DNA of 64,000 bases from an uncultured Fidelibacterota bacterium (GTDB lineage Bacteria; Fidelibacterota; Marinisomatia; Marinisomatales; UBA1611): positions 14,663 to 78,662 of the forward strand of contig CAJWHW010000005.1 in NCBI GenBank assembly GCA_913040915.1. Reading direction: 5' to 3'. The notes under the pieces were generated by a model. That model saw only the letters and a program-made list of their open reading frames with translations, did not search any database and was not told the origin of the DNA. Below are positions 29,410-38,518 of this stretch, piece after piece. Every line of letters begins with the position of its first letter. Within the stretch, counting starts at the first letter, position 1. The translations under genes and the position numbers were made by a program.

Positions 29410-32328
29410 TTACTTCAGAAAGGTTATTTTTGAAATATCACGGCCAGTCTTACGGTCAATCACCGCAAAGTAAATACCTGACTGGAGCACTTGTCCAAAA
29501 CTATCTTTCCCATCCCAACGATATAGATAATGACCAGGTTCGTGGATTTTGTTAACTATTGTTTTTACTTCTTGTCCTAAAATGTTCAAGATAGTAATAG
29601 TTATCTGTTCACTCTCCGGTAATTCGTAATATATATTAATATATGGATTAAACGGATTCGGATAGGTTTTGTAAGAAAATGTAGATGGTAGCATCTCATC
29701 TAAGTTTTCTTCATTGCTCAATTGATCACACGTGACACATGCACCCCAACAAACTTCAGCCAATTCCAAGAGACCTTCTATTGCCGTAAATCCATAGTTG
29801 GCATGCTCATCAGTAGGATTAAAGTCACATGCAGAACCTAAAGGAGCTCCAGCTTGTATCCCTGAATCCCAACCATTGATGACAAATAAATATTCATAAT
29901 CTGAGCCAGCCATTAAATTAGATACTGTTCCTGTATAAACCATATCTCCATCTTCATCTGTAAGTACAGCACCCCAACCACTCCAACCATCAAAACTTCC
30001 TGTTACACAAACTTGATAACCTTCTGGAAATGTAGAAGCAACTGTTGATACATCAACAGCAAACTGAGCCGATGAACCAAGAGGCTCTGTTGGGCAACCA
30101 CCATATGAAATTGCATCCAAGACCAGGACACCACTCCCGCCAGCATCTTGGATAGGTAAAAGCCTCACATACATATCATAATCAGAGTCAAATATACCGC
30201 ACTCTTCCGGCACTGTCTCGTAATTATCGCCATAACCAAATAGTAAGGTATGCTCTTGGTCAGACATTAAATCATTTACTGTGCCAGTATAAACCATGTC
30301 CCCATCTTCATCTACAAGTATAGTTTGACCACCAAAGCTATCCCAATCGTTAAAAGAGCCAAAGACATATGGTGCATCAGTACCATCAAAGTCCTCTACA
30401 CCACTCATATCTAAGTTAAAGGTAACATCGACCGGACCTGCAGGTGCGCAATCTAAACATCCACCAAAACAAATAGGTCCAATTGTAGTATTAGTTTCAG
30501 GGAGAGTATACATTCTGTTAATTCCCCCGCCCCAATTATTGATATTATCACAATCTGCAGGAACATCTTCAACAAGATCACCATTCATAAACTTAAACTC
30601 AATAATAGAGCCAGATGTCATATCTGGAATGGTTATTTCATATACACCATTAGCGTCATCATCTGTCATTGGCAGAGTACCCCATGAAAACCAGCTACCA
30701 TGTAGAAACACACCTGTTTCATCTACATCTTCATACTGCATATTTACAGAAAAAGTAACATCAATCAGATCAAATGCTGGGCAAAATTCATTATCCGTGC
30801 ATGTACCATAGCATGCATTAATTATTGTATCATTAGTCGACGTAATCAATTCCCTATCAGACCATGTCCCTACGGCACAATCCTGGCCAGCAATATTTTC
30901 TTTCCCTGACCAGTTTGTATTTCCATCTTTGGTGTATGAATATGCAAAAGTTGTATTTTCTTGCAACTGAACCGTTTTACTAAATACTAAGTGACCATCA
31001 ACACTTAGTTCAGAATTGTAAGAAAGAGCATAGTTTTCATTACCCGGTGCCCCAAAGAAAGCGCCACCAGCCAGATAAGGTGTATCTGATTCGGTGTATG
31101 TAGGTATACCGCTCATATCTAGATTGAAAGTAACTTCAACACACTCATGACAACTTTCATCATCGACAGTTGCATCAGAATTGTAATTACAAGCATTTGG
31201 ATCCATACAGCCTGGTACAACTGCCGAGTATATGGCCTGTATATCTTCCAGCAAAAACTCACCGTAATTAGTTCCAGTTCCACTTTGTATTACTTCAATC
31301 GATAAGCCTCCAATTTGATCTAAATCAAGAACTCCATTACCTTCGATCCCGACTGTCCAACTTGCATACGTTAAGACAAAACCTTCATTGTAAGGGCCCA
31401 TAGCGGTTCCGCCAACGAGTGGAATTCTATATTCAATCCAACCATCATCCGCTACGTTGTAAAACGGACTGTTTGCTTCTCCCTCAAAGAATGAAAACCA
31501 AACTTCGGTATCATCTCTGGTCTCCCAAGTGCTTGCATCACTGACGTCAAACAGATTAACCCTAAAGGACATAGCGTCAAGATCACTTGGTTGCGCTAGA
31601 TTACGAAACTTAAATGAAAGATAGTTGAAGTCAGATATATCAACTGCAGCATCATAGATATGATAAACACTAGTATAACCACCCCATGCTAAATCACCAA
31701 CTGTGCCCCAAGACCAGGACATAACAGGAGAATCCGAATCCGGCGCCTGGTCAGCTGGAATTTGAACAAGTGTGCTATAATTCTGTGCACTCTCAGATTC
31801 ATCTGCTTCTACCCAAAATGCGCCATCCCCTTCATCAGTCGCACTTTCAAGGGTATTAAAATCACTAAATATAAAAGATGTAACAGCATTTTCTACAACA
31901 GTCACGTTAGTTAATGTAACTGGAGCATCTAGAGTTGTTACATATAATAAAAATGAACTATATGTATTCGCTGCATCTTGTGCAGGAATTGCTACCGAGT
32001 AGGCTGTTTCTGCTGTTCCACTAACCGTTACAGTCGCAGTTTCAAATTCTGGAACATTGTTTGGATGTGGCTGATACTGAAACATGAACTTCACATCTAC
32101 GTCTGTTCCAGCAGTTGCACCTGTAAAGGTAATTTCACCACCATTCGGGAAGCTGAATGGATAGATAGTTGCATCTTCATTGGCGAAGCCTGCCCATGAT
32201 TCAGATCCTGTTGGGTTTGTATATGTATTGCCATCAACAACTGCACCACCAAATGCACCTGAAAATACGATATCTTGTCCAATCGCGAGTGTAGCCATAA
32301 TTAAGAATGAAATCATATTTTTTTTCAT
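29410..32328 (-). CDS. Secreted multi-module, apparently non-catalytic glycan-binding protein with T9SS-type/FlgD C-terminal domain
   Basis: Signal peptide; two CBM-like beta-sandwich regions; one GCMD repeat; four VTF.(L/V)(D/N)M...G.F..W...D.DGD.VY-type Ig/CBM-like repeats; CTD YPNPFNP...ILGQEV...WDGKD..G....SGIYF...KITFLK; RBS GGAGA. Confidence 0.7.
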   Translation of the reverse strand: MKKNMISFLIMATLAIGQDIVFSGAFGGAVVDGNTYTNPTGSESWAGFANEDATIYPFSFPNGGEITFTGATAGTDVDVKFMFQYQPHPNNVPEFETATVTVSGTAETAYSVAIPAQDAANTYSSFLLYVTTLDAPVTLTNVTVVENAVTSFIFSDFNTLESATDEGDGAFWVEADESESAQNYSTLVQIPADQAPDSDSPVMSWSWGTVGDLAWGGYTSVYHIYDAAVDISDFNYLSFKFRNLAQPSDLDAMSFRVNLFDVSDASTWETRDDTEVWFSFFEGEANSPFYNVADDGWIEYRIPLVGGTAMGPYNEGFVLTYASWTVGIEGNGVLDLDQIGGLSIEVIQSGTGTNYGEFLLEDIQAIYSAVVPGCMDPNACNYNSDATVDDESCHECVEVTFNLDMSGIPTYTESDTPYLAGGAFFGAPGNENYALSYNSELSVDGHLVFSKTVQLQENTTFAYSYTKDGNTNWSGKENIAGQDCAVGTWSDRELITSTNDTIINACYGTCTDNEFCPAFDLIDVTFSVNMQYEDVDETGVFLHGSWFSWGTLPMTDDDANGVYEITIPDMTSGSIIEFKFMNGDLVEDVPADCDNINNWGGGINRMYTLPETNTTIGPICFGGCLDCAPAGPVDVTFNLDMSGVEDFDGTDAPYVFGSFNDWDSFGGQTILVDEDGDMVYTGTVNDLMSDQEHTLLFGYGDNYETVPEECGIFDSDYDMYVRLLPIQDAGGSGVLVLDAISYGGCPTEPLGSSAQFAVDVSTVASTFPEGYQVCVTGSFDGWSGWGAVLTDEDGDMVYTGTVSNLMAGSDYEYLFVINGWDSGIQAGAPLGSACDFNPTDEHANYGFTAIEGLLELAEVCWGACVTCDQLSNEENLDEMLPSTFSYKTYPNPFNPYINIYYELPESEQITITILNILGQEVKTIVNKIHEPGHYLYRWDGKDSFGQVLQSGIYFAVIDRKTGRDISKITFLK

Positions 32329-32521
32329 TTTGACATCTCCTTATTATTTATTCTTTATATTTGCTTTTTTATCTTAATTGCATCATCTCTCATGAAAAAT
32401 AGCCTGCGGTGTAGAACATACTGTATCATAGCTCAAAATGGATACCATTACGAAAATTTCGATACAATTATAAACAAATGTACCAGTATTCAAAAAAAAT
32501 ATAAGACATAATGTAAAAATA

Positions 32522-32578
32522 TGCAAATTATTTACTAATTATTGTAAAATTATGAAAATAATTTGCAAATTATTTGCA
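32522..32578. promoter_or_regulatory. Cluster of three 15-bp palindromes TG(C/A)AAAT-W-ATTT(GCA/ACT), candidate LacI operators in the divergent promoter
   Basis: TGCAAATTATTTACT 32522-32536, TGAAAATAATTTGCA 32553-32567, TGCAAATTATTTGCA 32564-32578. Confidence 0.6.
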
Positions 32579-32635
32579 TTTAGTGGGGATAATATTTACT
32601 TTTTGGGCAATCAGTAGTAATAATAAATTTAGATT

Positions 32636-33634
32636 ATGAAAGTAACTTTAAAACATATAGCTGAAGATACAGGATTATCAATCGCGACAGTCTCTCGCGC
32701 ATTAAGTCGCGAAAAAAGAACTCATAGTTCTAATGAAGAACAAATTTTTTCATCAGCAAGAAAACTTGGATACCCTATTTTTATAAATTTACATACACCT
32801 TCCAAATTGCCTATATCGTTGGTAATAAAACTTTTTGAAGGTGAATTTTATGCATACTTATTAAATGGATTCTATCAAGCTGCTCATGAATACAATACAA
32901 AAATCAATTTACATGTTATAAAAGATGATGTTGACCCTGTCGATGATATTATTCAACTCAGTAAAAATCATAGTGGTATTTGTTTATTTCTACCTTCAAT
33001 GACTGATGATGAATATGTCAATATAAAAGAAGGCGTTGGGCAATATCCTATTATATCTCTTTTACCATCAAAAAACCCTAAAATCGATACTGTATGTTTT
33101 GATTCCTATCGTGGTGGTTATATGATGGCTAAACATTTTGAAGAAAAAGGTTTTAAAAAGTTCGGTTATATTTCTGGGCCATCTAAGCGAGCAGATGCGT
33201 TATTTAGAAAAAATGGATTTTTAGACCATATAAATGAAAATGATGATTTGGAATTGGTATGGACTTATGAAGGTGATTTTACCACAACTTCAGGGAAAAA
33301 AGCTTTTAAAGCATTTAAAGAATTTGGTTTAAAAAATGTGGCTGTATTTGGCGGCAATGATTATGCCTGCTTTGGATTTATAAAAGCTGCAAATGACAAT
33401 GGCTACAAAACCCCGGATGATTACATTATCGGCGGTTTTGACAATGTTTCTTTTTGTGAAAATTCCAATCCAGAATTAACATCAATTGCTACAGATTTTC
33501 ATGAACTGGGTAAAAAATCAATTAAGACTATTGAAAATATTATAACAGAAAATGCTGATAGTATTGGACAAATATCTATGATCCCTGTTAAGATTATAAT
33601 GAGAAACAGTTCCAATCCCATAAGCCAAACCTAA
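32636..33634 (+). CDS. LacI-family transcriptional regulator of the glucan locus
   Basis: VTLKHIA..TGLSIATVSRAL HTH; periplasmic-binding-like domain with D...GG, GGNDY.., P.D..I.GFDN, P.LTSI. Confidence 0.92.
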   Translation: MKVTLKHIAEDTGLSIATVSRALSREKRTHSSNEEQIFSSARKLGYPIFINLHTPSKLPISLVIKLFEGEFYAYLLNGFYQAAHEYNTKINLHVIKDDVDPVDDIIQLSKNHSGICLFLPSMTDDEYVNIKEGVGQYPIISLLPSKNPKIDTVCFDSYRGGYMMAKHFEEKGFKKFGYISGPSKRADALFRKNGFLDHINENDDLELVWTYEGDFTTTSGKKAFKAFKEFGLKNVAVFGGNDYACFGFIKAANDNGYKTPDDYIIGGFDNVSFCENSNPELTSIATDFHELGKKSIKTIENIITENADSIGQISMIPVKIIMRNSSNPISQT

Positions 33635-33646
33635 TTCTTTATTATA

Positions 33647-34930
33647 GTGTTTATTAAGCCCAAGTATATATCAGTTCTGGGTTACTTTTTTATCTTTTTT
33701 ATTTTACATGCTGATTCTGGAAACAATACTGCTTTAGATGACTGGAGTTTGATTTGGCAGGATGAATTTAATGACTCTACCATTAATACCGCTGATTGGG
33801 AATTTGATATAGGCACGGGTGCACCGGTTTTTGAAGCCTTTGGGGCCAGTTCTTCTGAGTTTTCACCGGAAGGTTTTCCCAAAGATAATTTTTCAGTACA
33901 ATGGGATGGATATTTAAAAGTAAATAAGATAGGAAATTATAAATTTTATATTATTGCTGACGATGGTGTCAGATTCTATTTGAATGACAGTCTCATAATT
34001 GATGAATGGCAACCCCAACCCGCAACAGAATTTACTAGTAAACTAAAACTCCGAGCGAATCAAGAATATAAAATTCGCATTGAATACTTTGAAGAAGGTG
34101 GAGGCGAAGCAATAATATTTGGGTGGGAATCTAATTCATTTCCTAAAAGTCTTATTACTAGTAACAATCTGGTGACAAGCACCGGAGAGCCAGGACTAAA
34201 AGGAACATATTACCCAAATAAATCACTAAAACTTGCAAAAAACCAGAAACCCTTTATCCGAATAGATAAAGAATTAAACTGGGTAACAACAAGCGGTGGT
34301 TGGGGAAACAATGAATCACAATACTATACAGATAACCCAAATAATGTAAGAATTGAAGATGGCAAATTAATTATCGAAGCAAAAAATGAATATTATAAAG
34401 GTTCGAATTATACTTCAGCTAGAATCAAAACAAAAAAAAGTTGGAAGTATGGACGCGTTGAGATTAGAGCGAAGCTACCTTCAGGCATAGGCACCTGGTG
34501 TGCACTGTGGGCTCTTCCTACGGATTGGACTTACGGACCTTGGCCTCATAGTGGTGAAATTGATATATTAGAACATGTGGGATTTAATGAGGGAGAAATT
34601 ATTGGTTCGGTGCATACTTCAGCAAACTCCGGCGACTTATATGGGACCGATCAGCAAGGTAAAATCAAAATTCCAAATGCTTGTAAAGAATTCAATAATT
34701 ATATCTTAGAATGGCAAGATGATGAAATAGCTGTTTCAGTAAATAATAAGAAGTTTTTCAAATACTCTAAACAGAATCGTCCATGGAAAAAATGGCCTTT
34801 TGACCAAAATTTTCATTTAATACTTAATATTGCGATTGGTGGCTCGTGGGGCGGCGCTAAAGGTATTGATGATAATGCCTTTCCCACAAAGATGGAAGTC
34901 GATTACGTGAGAGTTTATACTCACAATTAA
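33647..34930 (+). CDS. GH16 laminarinase with inserted PA14 domain
   Basis: WQDEFN, GWGNNESQYYT, YTSARI, GEIDILE, NIAIGGSWGG, VDYVRVY; PA14 motifs DNFSVQW, ADDGVR, IEYFE.GG. Confidence 0.9.
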   Translation: MFIKPKYISVLGYFFIFFILHADSGNNTALDDWSLIWQDEFNDSTINTADWEFDIGTGAPVFEAFGASSSEFSPEGFPKDNFSVQWDGYLKVNKIGNYKFYIIADDGVRFYLNDSLIIDEWQPQPATEFTSKLKLRANQEYKIRIEYFEEGGGEAIIFGWESNSFPKSLITSNNLVTSTGEPGLKGTYYPNKSLKLAKNQKPFIRIDKELNWVTTSGGWGNNESQYYTDNPNNVRIEDGKLIIEAKNEYYKGSNYTSARIKTKKSWKYGRVEIRAKLPSGIGTWCALWALPTDWTYGPWPHSGEIDILEHVGFNEGEIIGSVHTSANSGDLYGTDQQGKIKIPNACKEFNNYILEWQDDEIAVSVNNKKFFKYSKQNRPWKKWPFDQNFHLILNIAIGGSWGGAKGIDDNAFPTKMEVDYVRVYTHN

Positions 34931-34945
34931 TTTTACATTATAGAT

Positions 34946-36598
34946 ATGGAATTTATAAAAACACCTTTTCTTATCATTCTAAGTTTTTTTCTAATTAATG
35001 GGTGCGGTGATAAACAAGGAATAAATAATCGAGACGGACTTATAATATATCAGGAGCCTCAAATATCTTGGGTACGGAACTTTAATCCATTAAGCCCTGC
35101 AGGTTCCGCCCGTTGGCCAACATCAGGTGGTATTTATGAACCACTATTTATTTACAACTCCATGTCTGGAGAATTTGTACCCTGGCTTGCACTCAATTAT
35201 GAATGGGAAAAAGAGAATAAAGTTTTAAAGATGTCAATCCGTAGAGAAGTAAAATGGTCTGATGGAAAACCGTTCTCTGCACAAGATGTGGCCTTCACGT
35301 TTAATATTAAACGGAAACATCGTGCTCTGGATACCAGGGACTCTTGGGGTTATTTGGAGGAAGTGGTAGCAAAATCAGATACAAGTGTGAGTTTTGAATT
35401 CAAACGTGTTTATGTACCTGGGTTTGACGCAATTGCGACACAATCAATTATTCCAAAGCATATCTGGAATAAAATTGAAGACCCTGTAAAGTTTACCAAT
35501 CCAGATCCGATTGGGACTGGACCCTTCACGGAAATTATTCGATTTGATAATCAATTATGGGAACTTGGAAAAAATCCAAATTACTGGCAAAAAGGAAAGC
35601 CTCATATAGAGAAACTCATTTTTCCAGCCTTCCCCAACAACGAACAGGTCACCCTTGCATTACTCAGCGGTAAATTGGATTGGGCAGGTGCCTTTATTCC
35701 CGCTATTGAGCGTGTCTTTGTCTCAAAAGATACTGAGCATCACAAATATTGGTTTCCATTGACGGGCCATACAACTTTTCTTCATACCAATACAAAAGAT
35801 CCCATACTTAATGATGTAAGAGTACGAAAAGCAATCAGTCACTCTATAGACCGTAATCTTGTTGTTAAGGTTGGGATGTACAATTATACAAAGCCAGCAC
35901 ATGTTTCAGGTATATCGGGCCCAATGTCTAAATGGCGTTCACCGCATATAAATCAAAAAGAAGACTGGACTATCTATTCCCCTGAAAAGGCAAATCAACT
36001 TTTGAATGATTCTGGTTTTTATCAAAAGAAATCTGGGTTTAGATATAATCAGAGCGGGCAGGCTCTGGAATTGGATATTATCATTGTATCAGGTTGGAGT
36101 GATTGGATTAGATCTGCACAAGTCATAAGTCAGAATCTTAAGAATATCGGAATAAAAGCGAATGTGAAAACTTATGATTTTGGCACCTGGATAAGCCGTA
36201 TGCAAAAAGGCGAATTCCAATTAGCAATCGGGTGGGGCGAAAAAGGAGCAACACCATATCCAATGTATAAAGGGATGATGGCTTCCGAATATTTACAGCC
36301 TATTGGAGAAATTGCCGATGTAAATTGGCACCGATTTAGTCTGGCTGCTGCAGATTCACTGTTTAGAAAATATGAAACGACATCCGATCCAACGGAAATA
36401 AAAGAAATCATATACGAATTACAAAATTTATTTGTAGAGCAAGCACCATCAATCCCGCTTTTTGCTGAACCATCTTGGGCTGAGTGTAATACAAAATTTT
36501 TCAAAAATTTTCCTAGTGCTGAAAATCCATATGCCACCTTATCCCCAAATTATTCCCCTGAACAGCTTTTCGTTTTGGTAAACGTAGAAAATCGATGA
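34946..36598 (+). CDS. ABC transporter substrate-binding lipoprotein, family 5 (oligosaccharide-binding type)
   Basis: Lipobox INGC, RNFNP, IYEPL, VKWSDG.PFSA.DV.FTF, PIGTGPF, GWSDW (seen in sugar-binding family-5 SBPs). Confidence 0.88.
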   Translation: MEFIKTPFLIILSFFLINGCGDKQGINNRDGLIIYQEPQISWVRNFNPLSPAGSARWPTSGGIYEPLFIYNSMSGEFVPWLALNYEWEKENKVLKMSIRREVKWSDGKPFSAQDVAFTFNIKRKHRALDTRDSWGYLEEVVAKSDTSVSFEFKRVYVPGFDAIATQSIIPKHIWNKIEDPVKFTNPDPIGTGPFTEIIRFDNQLWELGKNPNYWQKGKPHIEKLIFPAFPNNEQVTLALLSGKLDWAGAFIPAIERVFVSKDTEHHKYWFPLTGHTTFLHTNTKDPILNDVRVRKAISHSIDRNLVVKVGMYNYTKPAHVSGISGPMSKWRSPHINQKEDWTIYSPEKANQLLNDSGFYQKKSGFRYNQSGQALELDIIIVSGWSDWIRSAQVISQNLKNIGIKANVKTYDFGTWISRMQKGEFQLAIGWGEKGATPYPMYKGMMASEYLQPIGEIADVNWHRFSLAAADSLFRKYETTSDPTEIKEIIYELQNLFVEQAPSIPLFAEPSWAECNTKFFKNFPSAENPYATLSPNYSPEQLFVLVNVENR

Positions 36599-37581
36599 AT
36601 CAATCATTAAATTACCTGCTACGGCGATTAGGGTTTTATCTCGTGGCAGCATGGGCAGCTTTAACACTTAATTTTTTTATTCCTAGGTTAATGCCAGGCG
36701 ATCCAGCTGCGATCATTTTTGCCAGATTTCGAGGAAAACTTAAACCAGAAGCAATAGACGCTCTTCGCGAAACCTTTGGCTTAACGAATGAGCCTTTGCT
36801 GGGGCAATATTGGTCCTATTTGAAAAGTATGCTAATTGGAGATTTAGGCATTTCTATCGCTTATTTCCCTGAGCCGGTAACGAATATAATCTCTAATGCA
36901 CTTCTATGGACAATTTTCCTCGCGGGAGTTTCCCTTATCATATCTTTTTCCATAGGAACCCTTTTAGGAACTTTTATTGCGTGGAATAGAAGTAGGAAAT
37001 TAGACTCCGCACTCCCGCCTATTCTTGCATTTATAGGCGCATTTCCATATTTCTGGCTAGCAATGCTTACATTGTATGTTTTTGGTTTTGAACTGAATTG
37101 GTTCCCTCTCGGACATGCATATGGGGAAAATGTAACTCCAGGGTTTAACGTACCATTTATTTTAAGTGTTCTGCATCATGCCGCACTTCCCGCTCTAACT
37201 ATGATACTGGTTAGCCTTGGTGGTTGGATGCTTTCAATGCGAAATATTATGATTACTACTTTAGGAGCAGATTATATTTCTTTTGCACATGCAAAGGGGC
37301 TCCCCTCTTTACAAATAATGCTGTGCTATGCAGCAAGAAATGCAATCTTACCAAATTTAACTGGTTTTGGAATGGCATTAGGATTCGTTCTTAGTGGAGC
37401 CTTATTAACAGAAATTATTTTTTCTTATCCGGGGCAGGGATATTTGCTGCTGCAGGCAGTCAGAGCTCAGGATTTCCCGCTTATGCAAGGACTGTTCATG
37501 ACAATTACATTTGCAGTCTTGGCTGCAAACTGGATGGTTGATATTGCTATCCTGATATTTGATCCAAGGACAAGGAAATAG
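36595..37581 (+). CDS. ABC transporter permease (OppB/DppB-like)
   Basis: NFFIPRLMPGDP, GDLGIS, DYI..A.AKGL, EIIFSYPG.G. Confidence 0.92.
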   Translation: MNQSLNYLLRRLGFYLVAAWAALTLNFFIPRLMPGDPAAIIFARFRGKLKPEAIDALRETFGLTNEPLLGQYWSYLKSMLIGDLGISIAYFPEPVTNIISNALLWTIFLAGVSLIISFSIGTLLGTFIAWNRSRKLDSALPPILAFIGAFPYFWLAMLTLYVFGFELNWFPLGHAYGENVTPGFNVPFILSVLHHAALPALTMILVSLGGWMLSMRNIMITTLGADYISFAHAKGLPSLQIMLCYAARNAILPNLTGFGMALGFVLSGALLTEIIFSYPGQGYLLLQAVRAQDFPLMQGLFMTITFAVLAANWMVDIAILIFDPRTRK

Positions 37582-37588
37582 ACAAAGT

Positions 37589-38518
37589 ATGAATTATTCA
37601 CAAGATAGTATTTTTGTCCGTTGGATCATAGGCATTATTCAAAACCAAAAAGCAAAAACAGGTGCAATTATTATTTTTACTTTTATTTTTCTAGCAATAT
37701 TGGGGCCTATTTTCTCTAAGGACTCCAGCGCATTTTTAAGTACACCACTATCTCCTCCATCATGGGAGCACCTACTTGGAACCAATGGTCAAGGTCAAGA
37801 TGTTTTGGCCCAGACAATTTCCGGATCACGACAAACTTTACTTGTTGGTTTCTCCACAGGGTTTCTGGTTGTTTTAATCGGTGCACTGATTGGTGGTATA
37901 TCTGGATACTATGGAGGGCGAATAGATGATTTTTTATCTCTTCTGATTAATGTTTTTCTTGTTATGCCCGGTTTACCACTTATGGTAATCCTCGCAAGTT
38001 GGCTCCCGCCAGGTCCTGCAACATTAACCGGTGTTTTGGTGCTTACAGGATGGGCTTGGAACGCACGTATCATTCGTTCTCAAATGATGACATTTCGAAG
38101 TCGTGATTTCGTTTCATCAGCAATTATTAGCGGAGAAAGAAATATCAGAATTATTATTGTTGAAATTATGCCGAGGATGCTATCTCTGCTTGCATCTTCC
38201 TTTATAGGTGCATCTATTTATGCCATAGGCGCACAAGTAGGATTGGAATTTTTGGGATTGGGTGATGTAAGTACAGTTACATGGGGAACAAACTTATACT
38301 GGGCAAGTAACGATATGGCTTTACTTACCGGTTCATGGTGGACTTTTGTACCGACTGGGTTGAGCATTGCCATCGTTAGTTTTGCTCTGACTTTAATCAA
38401 TTTTGGGATTGATGAAGTAACCAATCCTCGCTTGATTGCGGAGCGTGTATGGCGTGAAAATATTCCAATAAATAAAATTGTTAATGGAATAACTCCTGTT
38501 TTGAAAGAACATGAATAA
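37589..38518 (+). CDS. ABC transporter permease (OppC/DppC-like); likely start 37589
   Basis: PPSWEHLLGT..GQDV, W.W.AR.IR.Q, L.FLGLG, WW...P.G, DE..NPRL. Confidence 0.92.
   Translation: MNYSQDSIFVRWIIGIIQNQKAKTGAIIIFTFIFLAILGPIFSKDSSAFLSTPLSPPSWEHLLGTNGQGQDVLAQTISGSRQTLLVGFSTGFLVVLIGALIGGISGYYGGRIDDFLSLLINVFLVMPGLPLMVILASWLPPGPATLTGVLVLTGWAWNARIIRSQMMTFRSRDFVSSAIISGERNIRIIIVEIMPRMLSLLASSFIGASIYAIGAQVGLEFLGLGDVSTVTWGTNLYWASNDMALLTGSWWTFVPTGLSIAIVSFALTLINFGIDEVTNPRLIAERVWRENIPINKIVNGITPVLKEHE

Noticed and set aside
32340..32450. Possible riboswitch in the leader of the 972-aa gene
   Set aside because: No recognisable aptamer consensus; the region is adequately explained as a divergent promoter.
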